Positions 40,985 to 50,927 of a stretch of 64,000 nucleotides of DNA are shown piece after piece (positions within the stretch are counted from its first letter, which is position 1; each line of letters begins with the position of its first letter). The stretch lies in assembly GCA_902518985.1 (NCBI GenBank), contig CABYIF010000001.1, positions 8,814 to 72,813 on the forward strand, read 5' to 3'. The DNA comes from an uncultured Alphaproteobacteria bacterium. Lineage in GTDB: Bacteria > Pseudomonadota > Alphaproteobacteria > HIMB59 > GCA-002718135. Below the pieces are notes generated by a model. The model saw only the letters and a list, made by a program, of their open reading frames with translations. It searched no databases and had not been told where the DNA came from. The translations under genes were made by a program, and so were the position numbers.

Positions 40985-41912
40985 TTAACTTTCTAAAATT
41001 TAACAAAAACCGCAAACCAATAACCATAGAAAGCTCACCATTTACCCTAATAGACTTCTCTGTTCTCATTAGTAATTTTAACAACTTCTTTTTTTTTTCA
41101 TCATTATATTTTCGAAACATATCTATCATGTAGCTTTTTTCTCTAAATAAATATCTTGGAATATTAGCCGTGAAGTCTGATTCATTATTGTTATTTATAA
41201 TTAAAAAAGAGTATTGCTTAAAAGAATAGTAAAAACTTGCAACATCAGTCAAATTAGAAATTTTTTTATTATAAAGATCAATCAACTTTTCATTGTTGCT
41301 TAAAACCTCAAAAAACATCTTATCCAAACCATGTGTTTTAGATGAAATAATTTGATTTAAATTTTCCTTTGTAATATCTTTGTTTTCTAACTTTTCTATT
41401 TTCTCTAAAGTTTGCTCTAAAAAAGCATATCTTTCATCCAAATTTTCTAACAACCACCAGTACAAAGTTTCATCAAGTTTTAAGGATGTTTTTTGTAACC
41501 ACTTGTTCAAAAAAAGTTTTTTATCCTCTTTTGACAACTCATAGCACTCAATAACCCAACTATCTTTTCTTTTTAAAAAAATATTTTTTATTGTTTTTAT
41601 CTTTGGAGAGTTTTCAAACTTGAACACAAATATATCATCGCCCGTCGATGCTCTATCAATATCATCCTCATTTGTTTTTAAAATGTCATCTACAAGATAT
41701 ATTTTTTGAGCACTAAACAAACCTGGCTCACTCCGATAAAGATTAAGATTCTTTATATTTTCTAATTCAAAACTATTTTTGGATCTATGGCCTGAAATAA
41801 CAATCTGTTTAACTTTTTCCATGTACGTAATTTCAGAGCCAGATATGAAATAAAATTTTTTATTAAGGCTTAGATTATAATCTAATACAAAAGCAGATGT
41901 GTTAATCTTCAT
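40974..41912 (-). CDS. holA: DNA polymerase III delta subunit
   Basis: 312 aa. The assignment is mainly from conserved leuS-lptE-holA synteny and size. Sequence motifs are weak in this AT-rich ortholog. Confidence 0.65.
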   Translation of the reverse strand: MKINTSAFVLDYNLSLNKKFYFISGSEITYMEKVKQIVISGHRSKNSFELENIKNLNLYRSEPGLFSAQKIYLVDDILKTNEDDIDRASTGDDIFVFKFENSPKIKTIKNIFLKRKDSWVIECYELSKEDKKLFLNKWLQKTSLKLDETLYWWLLENLDERYAFLEQTLEKIEKLENKDITKENLNQIISSKTHGLDKMFFEVLSNNEKLIDLYNKKISNLTDVASFYYSFKQYSFLIINNNNESDFTANIPRYLFREKSYMIDMFRKYNDEKKKKLLKLLMRTEKSIRVNGELSMVIGLRFLLNFRKLTIS

Positions 41913-42405
41913 TTTGGCAATTTGATAAATCTTTACTTGAAATAAAATTAATAAATTGTTTTATGTTGTCCTCTATTGCTAATTCATACATTTTATTTAA
42001 TGACTCATCCGAACCAAAATTATATCCTTCTGCTTTAGGAATATAGGAAAATCGAGAAAAAATTTTTCTTGCATGTAATAAACACTCATTTTCAACTTTT
42101 ATTAAGAGATAATTAAATTTTAGTTCATAATCTAGTTTTGAAACAGCTTGATTTTTTTGAACAGATCTTTTTGTTTTTTCTTCTTCAATTTCTACTTTCA
42201 GCAGGTAGTTTGGCTCTGAGCTATTCCCAAAATATTTGTCTGAATATTTATAAATTGAAAAATTATCTGTGCCCGAATATCTAAAGGCAGTTTTATTATA
42301 AAGAGGGTTTTCTAGCGTGTCTTGTTCGCTATAAACAAAGTCTATGCTTTGACACGAATAAAGCAAATTACTAAATGCAATAATTAAAAAAACAATATAC
42401 CTCAT
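41902..42405 (-). CDS. lptE: LPS-assembly lipoprotein LptE
   Basis: 167 aa with lipobox LLYSC. It lies immediately downstream of leuS, overlapping by 4 nt, as in the E. coli leuS-lptE-holA arrangement. Confidence 0.65.
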   Translation of the reverse strand: MRYIVFLIIAFSNLLYSCQSIDFVYSEQDTLENPLYNKTAFRYSGTDNFSIYKYSDKYFGNSSEPNYLLKVEIEEEKTKRSVQKNQAVSKLDYELKFNYLLIKVENECLLHARKIFSRFSYIPKAEGYNFGSDESLNKMYELAIEDNIKQFINFISSKDLSNCQNED

Positions 42406-44915
42406 ATAACAAAATTAATTATTTTTCCGGGAACATATATTTTTTTTATTATTTTTTTATCTTTAATATATTTCATTATTTTATTATCTTTCTCTACCAT
42501 CTCAAAAATCTTAGTTTTATCGAATGATTTATTTATTTCAATAACACCCCTTGTCTTACCATTAATTTGAATAGCAATATTTACATTTTCATTATTATTT
42601 TCTATTTCTTCCACAGGCCATGCTTGTTCAATACAAAGGCCTTTTTGACTAATTGCTGACCAGATTTCTTCACTAATGTGGGGAACAAAAGGTTGCAATA
42701 TTATTGAAAGTTTTTTTAAAGACCATTCAAAATTACTGCTTGAAATAGTATTTTTTGAAACAGCATTGTTAAGTAAATTAACAAATTCATAAACTTTTGC
42801 TACAGACTTGTTAAATTGAAACGCCTCTATATTGCTAGAAACCTCATTAATAATCTTTTTTAATTCATTAATTGTTTTATTATCATCACTGTCGTTTGTT
42901 TTGTAACTTCTGTACTTGTCTACAAACTCCCATAATTTATTTATTAATCTATATGATGATGTAATTCCATTTTCTGTCCACTGAAGATCTCTTTCAGGAG
43001 GGCTGTCTGATAACATGAACCACCTTGCGGTATCTGCTCCATAGAGCTCAATTATATCATTGGGATCAACGACATTTTTTTTTGACTTACTCATTTTTTC
43101 AATTTTACCCATTACTACTGGGTTATTATTTCTATCAAACAAAACGCCGTTTTTTTCTTGAATATCTTTAGGCTCAATCCAGTCATTTTTATTGTTTTTA
43201 AAAGTTTGATGAGTAACCATGCCTTGTGTGAACAAGCCCTTAAAAGGTTCACCTAATTTAAAATACCCCAAATCCCTTAATGCTTTTGTAAAAAACCTTG
43301 AATAAAGTAGGTGTAATATAGCGTGCTCTATCCCCCCTATATACTGATCAACTGGTAGCCAATAGTTAATATCACCTTCATCAAAAGGCATTTCCGATCT
43401 TGCGTTGCAATATCTAAAATAATACCAAGAGGACTCAAAAAATGTGTCAAAAGTATCAGTTTCTCTGAATGCTTTCATGCCAGTTTTTTTACATTTTGTT
43501 TCACCCCAGTTTTCAATATTTTTTAATGTACTGGATGTTTCGTTAAAATTTTCTACCTTAGGAAGCTTTACTGGCAAGTCTTCTTCATCAACTGGAATCA
43601 CCTTACCATCTTCTCTATATAAAATTGGGATTGGACAACCCCAAAATCTTTGTCTAGATATACCCCAATCTCTAAGCTTAAAATTTGTTTTTCTTAATCC
43701 AATTTTTTTTTCTTGGATTATTCTAATTACCTTTTCTTTAGCTTCGTTTGTGCTTAATCCATTTAAAAAATCAGAATTAATAACTATTCCAGGCTCAGTG
43801 TAAGCAACATTTTTAATACTAAAATCATTTATATCTATGTTAGATGGGCGCAAAACTGGGATAACTTCTAAATTATATTCATTTGCAAAATCTAAATCCC
43901 GTTGATCATGCGCTGGACAACCAAAAATAGCTCCTAAGCCATATTCTTTGAGAACAAAGTTGCTAATAAATACAGGAATTTTTTTATTTTTAATTAATGG
44001 ATGCTCAACAAACAAACCTGTATCAAAACCCTTTTTTGTTTTGTCAGGATTTAAGTCTTTACATTCTTCAATAAAGTTTTTTGCACTTATACTATTTTTT
44101 GATATTTCTTTTGAAATATTGTGCTCAGTAGATAGTGCGATAAATGTAGCACCAAAAATAGTATCCGGCCTAGTTGTAAAAATCTTTATATTTTTTTCGC
44201 TCTTTGATAATTTAAAATCTATTTCGGCTCCTACTGATTTTCCAATCCAATTTGATTGCATAACTTTAACTTTGTTTGGCCAATCTTTTAATTTATCTAA
44301 ATCTTCTAATAATTCTTCTGAATATTTACTTATTTTTAAAAACCATTGAGACAACTTCTTTTTTTCAATAATTGCCCCAGACCTCCAACCTTTACCATCA
44401 ATCACTTGTTCGTTAGCAAGAACTGTTTTATCAACCGGGTCCCAATTTACCTCAGCCTCTTTCTTATAAGCCAAACCAGAGTTGAACATATCAATGAAAA
44501 ATTTTTGTTCATGTTTATAATAATTTGGATGACATGTGGCAATCTCTCTTTCCCAGTCTAGCGATAAGCCCATTTGCAAAAGCTGCTTCTTCATTGTTTT
44601 GATATTTTGATAAGTCCAATCCTCAGGGTGTTTTTTCTCTGTAATAGCTGCATTTTCAGCAGGAAGACCAAATGCATCCCAACCCATTGGATGAAGCACA
44701 TTATACCCCTTCATTTTTTTGTATCTTGCTACCACATCTCCCAGTGTATAGTTTCTTACATGGCCCATATGTATTCTTCCAGAAGGATATGGAAACATCT
44801 CTAAAACATAATACTTTTCCTTTTTTTTATTTTTTTTCGATGAAAATACTTTTTTTTCTGACCATGCGTTCTGCCATTTCTTTTCTGTTATTCTATGATT
44901 GTATCTAGATGACAC
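42402..44915 (-). CDS. leuS: leucine--tRNA ligase
   Basis: 837 aa. Class I HIGH variant PSGRIHMGH, a KMSKS loop and a CP1 editing insertion. Confidence 0.97.
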   Translation of the reverse strand: MSSRYNHRITEKKWQNAWSEKKVFSSKKNKKKEKYYVLEMFPYPSGRIHMGHVRNYTLGDVVARYKKMKGYNVLHPMGWDAFGLPAENAAITEKKHPEDWTYQNIKTMKKQLLQMGLSLDWEREIATCHPNYYKHEQKFFIDMFNSGLAYKKEAEVNWDPVDKTVLANEQVIDGKGWRSGAIIEKKKLSQWFLKISKYSEELLEDLDKLKDWPNKVKVMQSNWIGKSVGAEIDFKLSKSEKNIKIFTTRPDTIFGATFIALSTEHNISKEISKNSISAKNFIEECKDLNPDKTKKGFDTGLFVEHPLIKNKKIPVFISNFVLKEYGLGAIFGCPAHDQRDLDFANEYNLEVIPVLRPSNIDINDFSIKNVAYTEPGIVINSDFLNGLSTNEAKEKVIRIIQEKKIGLRKTNFKLRDWGISRQRFWGCPIPILYREDGKVIPVDEEDLPVKLPKVENFNETSSTLKNIENWGETKCKKTGMKAFRETDTFDTFFESSWYYFRYCNARSEMPFDEGDINYWLPVDQYIGGIEHAILHLLYSRFFTKALRDLGYFKLGEPFKGLFTQGMVTHQTFKNNKNDWIEPKDIQEKNGVLFDRNNNPVVMGKIEKMSKSKKNVVDPNDIIELYGADTARWFMLSDSPPERDLQWTENGITSSYRLINKLWEFVDKYRSYKTNDSDDNKTINELKKIINEVSSNIEAFQFNKSVAKVYEFVNLLNNAVSKNTISSSNFEWSLKKLSIILQPFVPHISEEIWSAISQKGLCIEQAWPVEEIENNNENVNIAIQINGKTRGVIEINKSFDKTKIFEMVEKDNKIMKYIKDKKIIKKIYVPGKIINFVI

Positions 44916-44919
44916 TATT

Positions 44920-45525
44920 TTAGCTTGATTGAAGTCTTATCTTTTTTGCTCTGTTTAGAATAGCATCTTCAATTTTAATGTTGTTTTTTTTATCTATTTC
45001 CTTGTTAACCCATTTTTGATTTTTAAAATCTTGACAGAAAGATGTAACTTTTAAGTTTTGTGTTTTTAGCTCAGAACCTGTGATAAAAATATTTAATTTG
45101 CATCTTTCATTTTCGTTGTTGCTTGTTGAATACCAATCTGTAATTATTGTACCACCAATTGGATCAGCTGAGTTTAATGGCATAAAATTTATTGTTTCAA
45201 GAGCACCTTTCCAAAGAAAAGAATTTATAGACATTCCAATCATACTAACATTTGAGTTGTTATCAGATTTTTTTCCAGTAATAATACCATCAACTGACAA
45301 ACCATCTTTAAAAAGACCTCCTCCACTCATAAGTCTATTTTGTGCATCTCTAAGAGCTAATTCTTTATTTGACCCAGAATTAAATTTTGTTCCAGACCTA
45401 TCAATAATTTCACCAGTTGTCTGAGCCTTGCTCCATAGCTCTTCCATTTCTTCATCGGTCTTATTTCTATTACAAGAGGATATGGTAAGGCTTAAAACAA
45501 AAATAAGTAAAATTTTAAAAAGCAT
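44920..45525 (-). CDS. conserved alphaproteobacterial lipoprotein (DUF3576-like)
   Basis: 201 aa with lipobox LTISSC. The DUF3576 assignment is from memory of proteins adjacent to leuS and is tentative. Confidence 0.4.
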   Translation of the reverse strand: MLFKILLIFVLSLTISSCNRNKTDEEMEELWSKAQTTGEIIDRSGTKFNSGSNKELALRDAQNRLMSGGGLFKDGLSVDGIITGKKSDNNSNVSMIGMSINSFLWKGALETINFMPLNSADPIGGTIITDWYSTSNNENERCKLNIFITGSELKTQNLKVTSFCQDFKNQKWVNKEIDKKNNIKIEDAILNRAKKIRLQSS

Positions 45526-45562
45526 TTAGATTAATTATTGTATTGAGGCAGAAATGTAAAAC

Positions 45563-45594
45563 ATAAAAAAACGGCACTATAAGAATAGTGCCGT
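45563..45594 (-). terminator. rho-independent terminator of the porin gene
   Basis: The minus-strand RNA reads ACGGCACUAU-UCUU-AUAGUGCCGU followed by UUUUUU. It starts 22 nt after the porin stop codon. Confidence 0.75.
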
Positions 45595-45616
45595 TATAAG
45601 ATAAAAAATTATCTAA

Positions 45617-46675
45617 TTAAAATGACATGTTAGCACCGATGTACCATGCAGATCCATCAGTAGTGTCGTTAACACCTTCGTCTGAAGAGTCAACATCTGT
45701 GTATCCAAGATAAGCAGTTACACCAGAAGCTACAGCATATGAAACACTTGCAGAAGTTTTTTCATATGAGTCTTCAGTTGTTCCAGCTGTACCTAAAGTA
45801 TGACTGTCTTGACCTTCACCTGATGTAGCACCAACGTTGAAAGTTAAGTCACCTGATACATATTTCACACCAACTTTTACAACTTCACCATCAACTTCAG
45901 TGTTTAATGATTCAGTAGTTGCTTGAGATACGATATCATCACCGTCAGCATAACCAACAGCAACAGTTAAATCTCCTGTAACAGCACTTAATCCGATGTG
46001 CATTCCACCTTCATCACTGTTTGCAGCAGTTCCAGTTTTACCACCTTCAGATTGAGAGAAACCAGCACCAATAGTTACTGCTGAGTCTCCTAAATCAGTT
46101 ACATAAGTACCACCAATTGCATAGTGACCATCTCTTGTGTAAGTCGCACCGTTGTTTGACCCATCATCAGAAGAGAATGAGAATGACATTTTAAGACCAT
46201 CAGCCATAAAGTCATCAGCAGTGTGATATTCAACACCGTATACTGTAGATGCTGTAGCAAAGTCCAATCCAGTTGGTGCTTTGTTAGTAGTAGTTACAGT
46301 TACGCCTTCAGAACCAGCTGAAGCAGGTACTGAGATATCATGTGAACCAGATGCGTTACCAGCATTTAGTACATCTAATTTTGATCCGTCAGTGAATTCT
46401 AAAGTGAAACCAGCGTCTGTGTCTCCACTTGCACCATTTTCGTTCATAAGCATAAAGCTTGAAGAAATAGTCATTCCACCGTCAGTAGTTTCAGATAATG
46501 ACACTGTAAAGTTGTTGTCATTAATCTGTGCTCTTGTATCAGTTCCACCTGTTGGTGAATCAAATTCAAGACCAGTTTGGTGGTTACCACTCATAGTAGC
46601 TTCTACAGCTTGAGCAACAGATGCTGCGCCAAGAGTTGAAACTAAAGCAGTTCCCATTAATAGTTCTTTTTTCAT
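45617..46675 (-). CDS. outer-membrane porin (beta-barrel, acidic, Gly/Thr/Ser/Asp-rich)
   Basis: 352 aa with signal peptide ...ASVAQA. Alternating beta-strand pattern and a C-terminal aromatic residue (..ANMSF). Strong SD AAGGAG 5 nt upstream and a dedicated terminator. Confidence 0.72.
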   Translation of the reverse strand: MKKELLMGTALVSTLGAASVAQAVEATMSGNHQTGLEFDSPTGGTDTRAQINDNNFTVSLSETTDGGMTISSSFMLMNENGASGDTDAGFTLEFTDGSKLDVLNAGNASGSHDISVPASAGSEGVTVTTTNKAPTGLDFATASTVYGVEYHTADDFMADGLKMSFSFSSDDGSNNGATYTRDGHYAIGGTYVTDLGDSAVTIGAGFSQSEGGKTGTAANSDEGGMHIGLSAVTGDLTVAVGYADGDDIVSQATTESLNTEVDGEVVKVGVKYVSGDLTFNVGATSGEGQDSHTLGTAGTTEDSYEKTSASVSYAVASGVTAYLGYTDVDSSDEGVNDTTDGSAWYIGANMSF

Positions 46676-46691
46676 AATTACTCCTTTTGAG

Positions 46692-46731
46692 TTAATGAAT
46701 ATTCATTAAATGTAAGAAACTAAACTTACAT
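46692..46731 (-). promoter_or_regulatory. porin leader: perfect 18-bp palindrome plus an adjacent 7-bp-stem hairpin just upstream of the SD
   Basis: TTAATGAAT|ATTCATTAA lies at 46692-46709. ATGTAAG(46710-46716)...CTTACAT(46725-46731) follows. This could be an operator or 5'-UTR structures. Confidence 0.35.
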
Positions 46732-46832
46732 TAATTAGGTATTTATTAAAAAATTGAATAAATTTCAAAAAAAGCTTAGAAAACAAATTGATTATTTTAA
46801 TAAGTGTTGTTTTTTTGCAACAAATTATAATT

Positions 46833-47468
46833 ATGTTTGATATAAAAAAATATAAGGAAATCAAGGATTTTATCAAAAAAAACCATAAATTTAGCCAAAT
46901 TATTGCTATTTCTAAAAATCACCCAAAGGACAGTGTAATAAATGCAATCAATTCAGGTGTTAGAATATTTGGTGAAAACAGGGTTATGGAAGCAAAATCT
47001 AAATTTGATGAACTCAAGATCAAGTATCCTGATTTAGAGCTTCACTTAACTGGACCACTTCAGTCAAACAAAGTTAAATTGGCTACAGAATTGTTTGATG
47101 TTTTTCATACTCTTGATAGAGAAAAAATAGCAAAAGAATTTTACAAATATAAAGACAATTTGAGAAATAAAAAAATATTTATTCAAGTTAATACAGGTGA
47201 AGAAAAAAATAAAAGTGGAATAAATCCATCTGAATTAAGTGATTTTAAAAATTTTTGTATCAACGACATAGATTTGAAAATTTGTGGGCTAATGTGTATC
47301 CCACCAATTGACGAAGACCCTTTATACCATTTTAATTTATTAAAAAATTTAGCACATAAAAATAAACTTCAAGAATTAAGCATTGGAATGAGCAATGATT
47401 ATAAAATTGCACTTCAATTAAACCCCGCTTATATTAGGTTAGGAACTTTACTTTTTGGAAACAGGTAA
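46833..47468 (+). CDS. yggS: YggS-family pyridoxal-phosphate homeostasis protein
   Basis: Alanine-racemase N-terminal-like barrel with AISKNHP (Lys), FGENRV.E and HLTGPLQSNK. I use Met16 of the track ORF. Confidence 0.85.
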   Translation: MFDIKKYKEIKDFIKKNHKFSQIIAISKNHPKDSVINAINSGVRIFGENRVMEAKSKFDELKIKYPDLELHLTGPLQSNKVKLATELFDVFHTLDREKIAKEFYKYKDNLRNKKIFIQVNTGEEKNKSGINPSELSDFKNFCINDIDLKICGLMCIPPIDEDPLYHFNLLKNLAHKNKLQELSIGMSNDYKIALQLNPAYIRLGTLLFGNR

Positions 47469-48073
47469 TGAAAAAAAAAATAAATTTTTTTAGTAATCAA
47501 AGTTCAGAAAAATTCCTGTCTCAGTTATTTCCAGACCTACTAATTACATCCAAAAACTTAAATGAATTATATAATGATAAAATCCCCACTGAAGGCGGCG
47601 TAGTTTTAATTAATGATTCATTAGAATTTACTAAAATTAATTTTAAAAAAATGAACAAAGAATTTTTGTTTTTTTCAAATATTGCCCCCAGTAGTAATAT
47701 CGTAATCAAAAACCCTGATATCATTAAATCACCCCTTTTGATTTCTCAAATCAGAAGTGAAATTAAAAAATTTTTATCAAATAAATCAATTAACTTTAAA
47801 GATATTGAAGTAATCGATAGAGAGTTAATTAACGTAAAGAACAATAATTCTTGTAAAATAACTGACATTGAGTATGAAATTTTAACATATTTAATAACGT
47901 CAAAAGATTGTAGTAAGGAATATATAAAAAATAATATTTTAATGATCAAATCATCATTAATGACAAACTCCCTTGATAGCCATTTAACAAGAATTAGAAA
48001 AAAATTAGATAAACTACAAACCGGAATTAAAATCAAAGCAAGTAACGATAAACTAATAATTTATACTAATTGA
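47468..48073 (+). CDS. OmpR/PhoB-type winged-helix regulator with a degenerate receiver-like N-terminus
   Basis: The C-terminus LTDIEYEILTYL...DSHLTRIRKKL fits the trans_reg_C pattern (LT..E..LL..L......SR..L........vd.hI..LR.KL). The N-terminal half lacks the acidic DD pair of receiver domains. Confidence 0.55.
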   Translation: MKKKINFFSNQSSEKFLSQLFPDLLITSKNLNELYNDKIPTEGGVVLINDSLEFTKINFKKMNKEFLFFSNIAPSSNIVIKNPDIIKSPLLISQIRSEIKKFLSNKSINFKDIEVIDRELINVKNNNSCKITDIEYEILTYLITSKDCSKEYIKNNILMIKSSLMTNSLDSHLTRIRKKLDKLQTGIKIKASNDKLIIYTN

Positions 48074-48668
48074 AGAAATTTGGATTTATTAATTTGAAAA
48101 AATTTTTATCAAACTCCTCATTATATTTATGATTAAAAGTAGAGAGAACTAAATTTGTATCTCCAATAATTAATTCAATTTTTCTTATTAGAAGTGGATT
48201 ATTCTCAAAATACATTTTTAATGTATATTCTTCATTTTGGTTAATGCCATTAGACTCCACAACAATATAATTATCTTTTGAGACTAGCTTTGAATTTCTA
48301 AAAAATTCAGGATTATTAAATATTTCAAAAAAAAACCATGCTGATGTGTCATTTGGATCAAAAAATTCATCTTCATCTAGATCAAAATTGTAATACATAG
48401 CTTTTGATTTACTTAGAATAATTAATATTTTTGTAGGTGTATAGTATTCAACCCTAACCCTACTTGCTCCCACTGAAATTTTTCCTTCACTTAAATTTAA
48501 TTTATCTTTTTGAATAAATGACACTGAAAAATTATTTAATTCATCAAGGTAGTTTATAATTTCTTCATTTTCTGCAAAAACACTTTTTTGAAAAAAAAAA
48601 CTTAATAAAATAAAAACTATAACTGAGAAAAAATTACTCTTTTTTAAGAACATGTCTTTTTCCCGCAT
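48066..48668 (-). CDS. lolA: outer-membrane lipoprotein carrier LolA-like
   Basis: 200 aa with a signal peptide. ftsK-lolA synteny as in E. coli. It overlaps the ftsK 3' end. Confidence 0.6.
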   Translation of the reverse strand: MREKDMFLKKSNFFSVIVFILLSFFFQKSVFAENEEIINYLDELNNFSVSFIQKDKLNLSEGKISVGASRVRVEYYTPTKILIILSKSKAMYYNFDLDEDEFFDPNDTSAWFFFEIFNNPEFFRNSKLVSKDNYIVVESNGINQNEEYTLKMYFENNPLLIRKIELIIGDTNLVLSTFNHKYNEEFDKNFFKLINPNFFN

Positions 48669-50880
48669 TATTTGCTTCAGTTATTATCCCATCCTCTTCC
48701 ATTTTTTCGATGATCCTTGCTGCTCTATTATAGCCAATTTGCAAATATCTTTGAATGAAACTTGTTGAAACCCTTTGTTGTTTTACAATTATATCAACGG
48801 CTTTATTATATAATTCATCTTTATTGTCAGAAACTAAATCTAAACTATCTTTTTGCAAACTATCAGCATCACTTAATGAAATTTCTTTTTTATAATCAAA
48901 AGTAGCCTGTGATTTTATTGAATTAACAACTTTTTCTACTTCAGTTTCTGAAACGAAACCACCATGTAGTCTTTTTATATTTCCACCATTTTCTAATAAT
49001 AACATATCCCCACTTCCAAGTAATTGTTCAGCACCCATCTCATTTAATATTGTCCTGCTATCAAATTTACTCGCAACTTTATAACTAATTCTACTTGGAA
49101 AATTTGCTTTTATCGTCCCAGTAATAACATCTACGCTTGGTCTTTGTGTTGCTGTTATTAAATGAATACCAGAAGCTCTCGCCATTTGAGCTAATCGTTG
49201 AACAAGAGACTCTACTTCTTTACCAGCAACCATCATTAAATCTGCCATTTCATCTATTACCACAACAATAAAAGGCATTTTCTCCAATGGTATTTCTTTT
49301 TTTTCTATTATTGGTAATTTAGTATCACTATCAAAACCTGTTTGAACTTCCCTGTATAGTTTTCTGCCACTTGAAATTGTTCTAAGAACTTTATTGTTAT
49401 AAGACTCAATATTTTTTACATTAACAGAGCTCATCAACTTATATCTATTTTCCATTTCTCTAACGACCCACTTAAGTGCAAAAACTGCTTTTTTAGGATC
49501 TGTTACTACTGGAGTTAAAAGATGTGGAATGTCTTCATAAACACTTAGCTCTAACATTTTAGGATCAATCAATATTAACTTACAATCATTTGGCTTAAAT
49601 TTATACAGAATGCTCAGTATCATTGTGTTGATACCAACCGACTTACCGGAACCAGTTGTTCCAGCAATAAGCAAATGGGGCATTTTTTCTAAATCAGTGA
49701 ACACCTTTTCTCCAGAAATATCCTTACCTAAAGCTAATGTTATAGAGTCATTTTTAGCTTTAAATTGATCATCCTCAATCAAATCTCCAAACAATACACC
49801 ATCTCTTTTTGAGTTAGGGATCTCAATGCCTAGGCTGGTTTTTCCGGGTTGAGATGAAATTCTTGCCGAATAAGAAGACATCGCCCTTGATATATCCTCA
49901 GAAAGACCAATAACTTTACTAGATTTTATACCCGCATTAGGAACAAACTCAAATAGTGTAACTATTGGCCCACTTTTATATCCAATTACTTTACCATCAA
50001 CTCCATATTCTGAGAGGGTCTTTTCTAGTTTTACTGACGATTCATCGTTAAACCTATTTAACTCTTTATTAAAATTTTTTTTGTTTAAGGATTTTATTAG
50101 TAAACTTACAGAAGGAAGACTAAACTTCAAACTATTTTTTTCTATTTTTTGATTTATTTTTTCAAAATTATTTGAAGATTTTTTAATACCCAATAGATTT
50201 TTTTTATTTAGAGTAGGTTCATTTCTTTTAGTATAGTTACTTAAACCAGTTGTTTTTTTGTTTATTCTTAATATTCTAAATATTGTAAATATTTTTAATA
50301 TATTTTTTGCAAACCTTAATATGTATAAGAGTTTTAATATGTGCTTAAACCCTTTTAATTTTACAGAATAAGAAAAAAGAATTATGTAAACCCCTAATAA
50401 TAATAAAAATATATTGAATAGAAAATTTAATATCGAGTTGCTTAAATAATTCTCAATAAAGTTAAATAATAGATCTGATATAAATATTGATGTTATTCCA
50501 AAATTTATATTAAAAAAATTATAAAATGATAATGATGCACTCAGCATTATTATTCCAACTAAATTTGAAATAAATTTAAATATAAATAGATTATTATTGA
50601 AACCAAAAACAAATTTAAAGCCGTTTATTAAAAAAAACACACTAACTAAAAAAGACAACTGTCCTAAAAGCACCATCGAGTAGCTTGATAAATAAGCTCC
50701 CCCTATGCCAAAAAAATTTTCAATTTGTGTGACGTCAACATTATCTGAAAAGCTGTTGAAACCTGGGTCATTATTATCATAGGTTATAAGGCTCCCAAGA
50801 TGAAAAATACTAAACGTTAATATTAATAGCCCAAAAACTAGCTTTACTATAAATAATTTTACTGAACCATACTTGAACAT
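48634..50880 (-). CDS. ftsK: DNA translocase FtsK
   Basis: 748 aa. N-terminal TM helices, motor Walker A GTTGSGKS, Walker B VVVIDEMADLMM and a C-terminal gamma winged helix. Confidence 0.95.
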   Translation of the reverse strand: MFKYGSVKLFIVKLVFGLLILTFSIFHLGSLITYDNNDPGFNSFSDNVDVTQIENFFGIGGAYLSSYSMVLLGQLSFLVSVFFLINGFKFVFGFNNNLFIFKFISNLVGIIMLSASLSFYNFFNINFGITSIFISDLLFNFIENYLSNSILNFLFNIFLLLLGVYIILFSYSVKLKGFKHILKLLYILRFAKNILKIFTIFRILRINKKTTGLSNYTKRNEPTLNKKNLLGIKKSSNNFEKINQKIEKNSLKFSLPSVSLLIKSLNKKNFNKELNRFNDESSVKLEKTLSEYGVDGKVIGYKSGPIVTLFEFVPNAGIKSSKVIGLSEDISRAMSSYSARISSQPGKTSLGIEIPNSKRDGVLFGDLIEDDQFKAKNDSITLALGKDISGEKVFTDLEKMPHLLIAGTTGSGKSVGINTMILSILYKFKPNDCKLILIDPKMLELSVYEDIPHLLTPVVTDPKKAVFALKWVVREMENRYKLMSSVNVKNIESYNNKVLRTISSGRKLYREVQTGFDSDTKLPIIEKKEIPLEKMPFIVVVIDEMADLMMVAGKEVESLVQRLAQMARASGIHLITATQRPSVDVITGTIKANFPSRISYKVASKFDSRTILNEMGAEQLLGSGDMLLLENGGNIKRLHGGFVSETEVEKVVNSIKSQATFDYKKEISLSDADSLQKDSLDLVSDNKDELYNKAVDIIVKQQRVSTSFIQRYLQIGYNRAARIIEKMEEDGIITEANNAGKRHVLKKE

Positions 50881-50927
50881 ATAGTTAGATTGTAATACAT
50901 TTAGATTATGGTAATTCGAAGAAAATT

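Noticed and set aside
1382-46613. Many track ORFs of 60-155 aa lie antisense to or inside long, well-supported genes. Examples are 1382-1621, 3411-3704, 4807-5103, 5055-5282, 5429-5677, 7271-7453, 11912-12163, 13312-13572, 16066-16404, 21427-21678, 23421-23672, 24886-25182, 31901-32368, 34647-35057, 35825-36232, 37298-37609, 43444-44908, 45080-45424 and 46281-46613.
   Set aside because: They overlap genes with strong family motifs on the other strand or frame. They have low-complexity or hydrophobic compositions typical of shadow ORFs and show no recognisable domains or start contexts.
46692-46709. Interpreting the 18-bp palindrome upstream of the porin as a Fur box.
   Set aside because: It resembles AT-rich Fur-type sites (AATGA/TCATT half-sites), but the spacing and symmetry differ from the 19-bp GATAATGATAATCATTATC consensus. 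The call would be guesswork.
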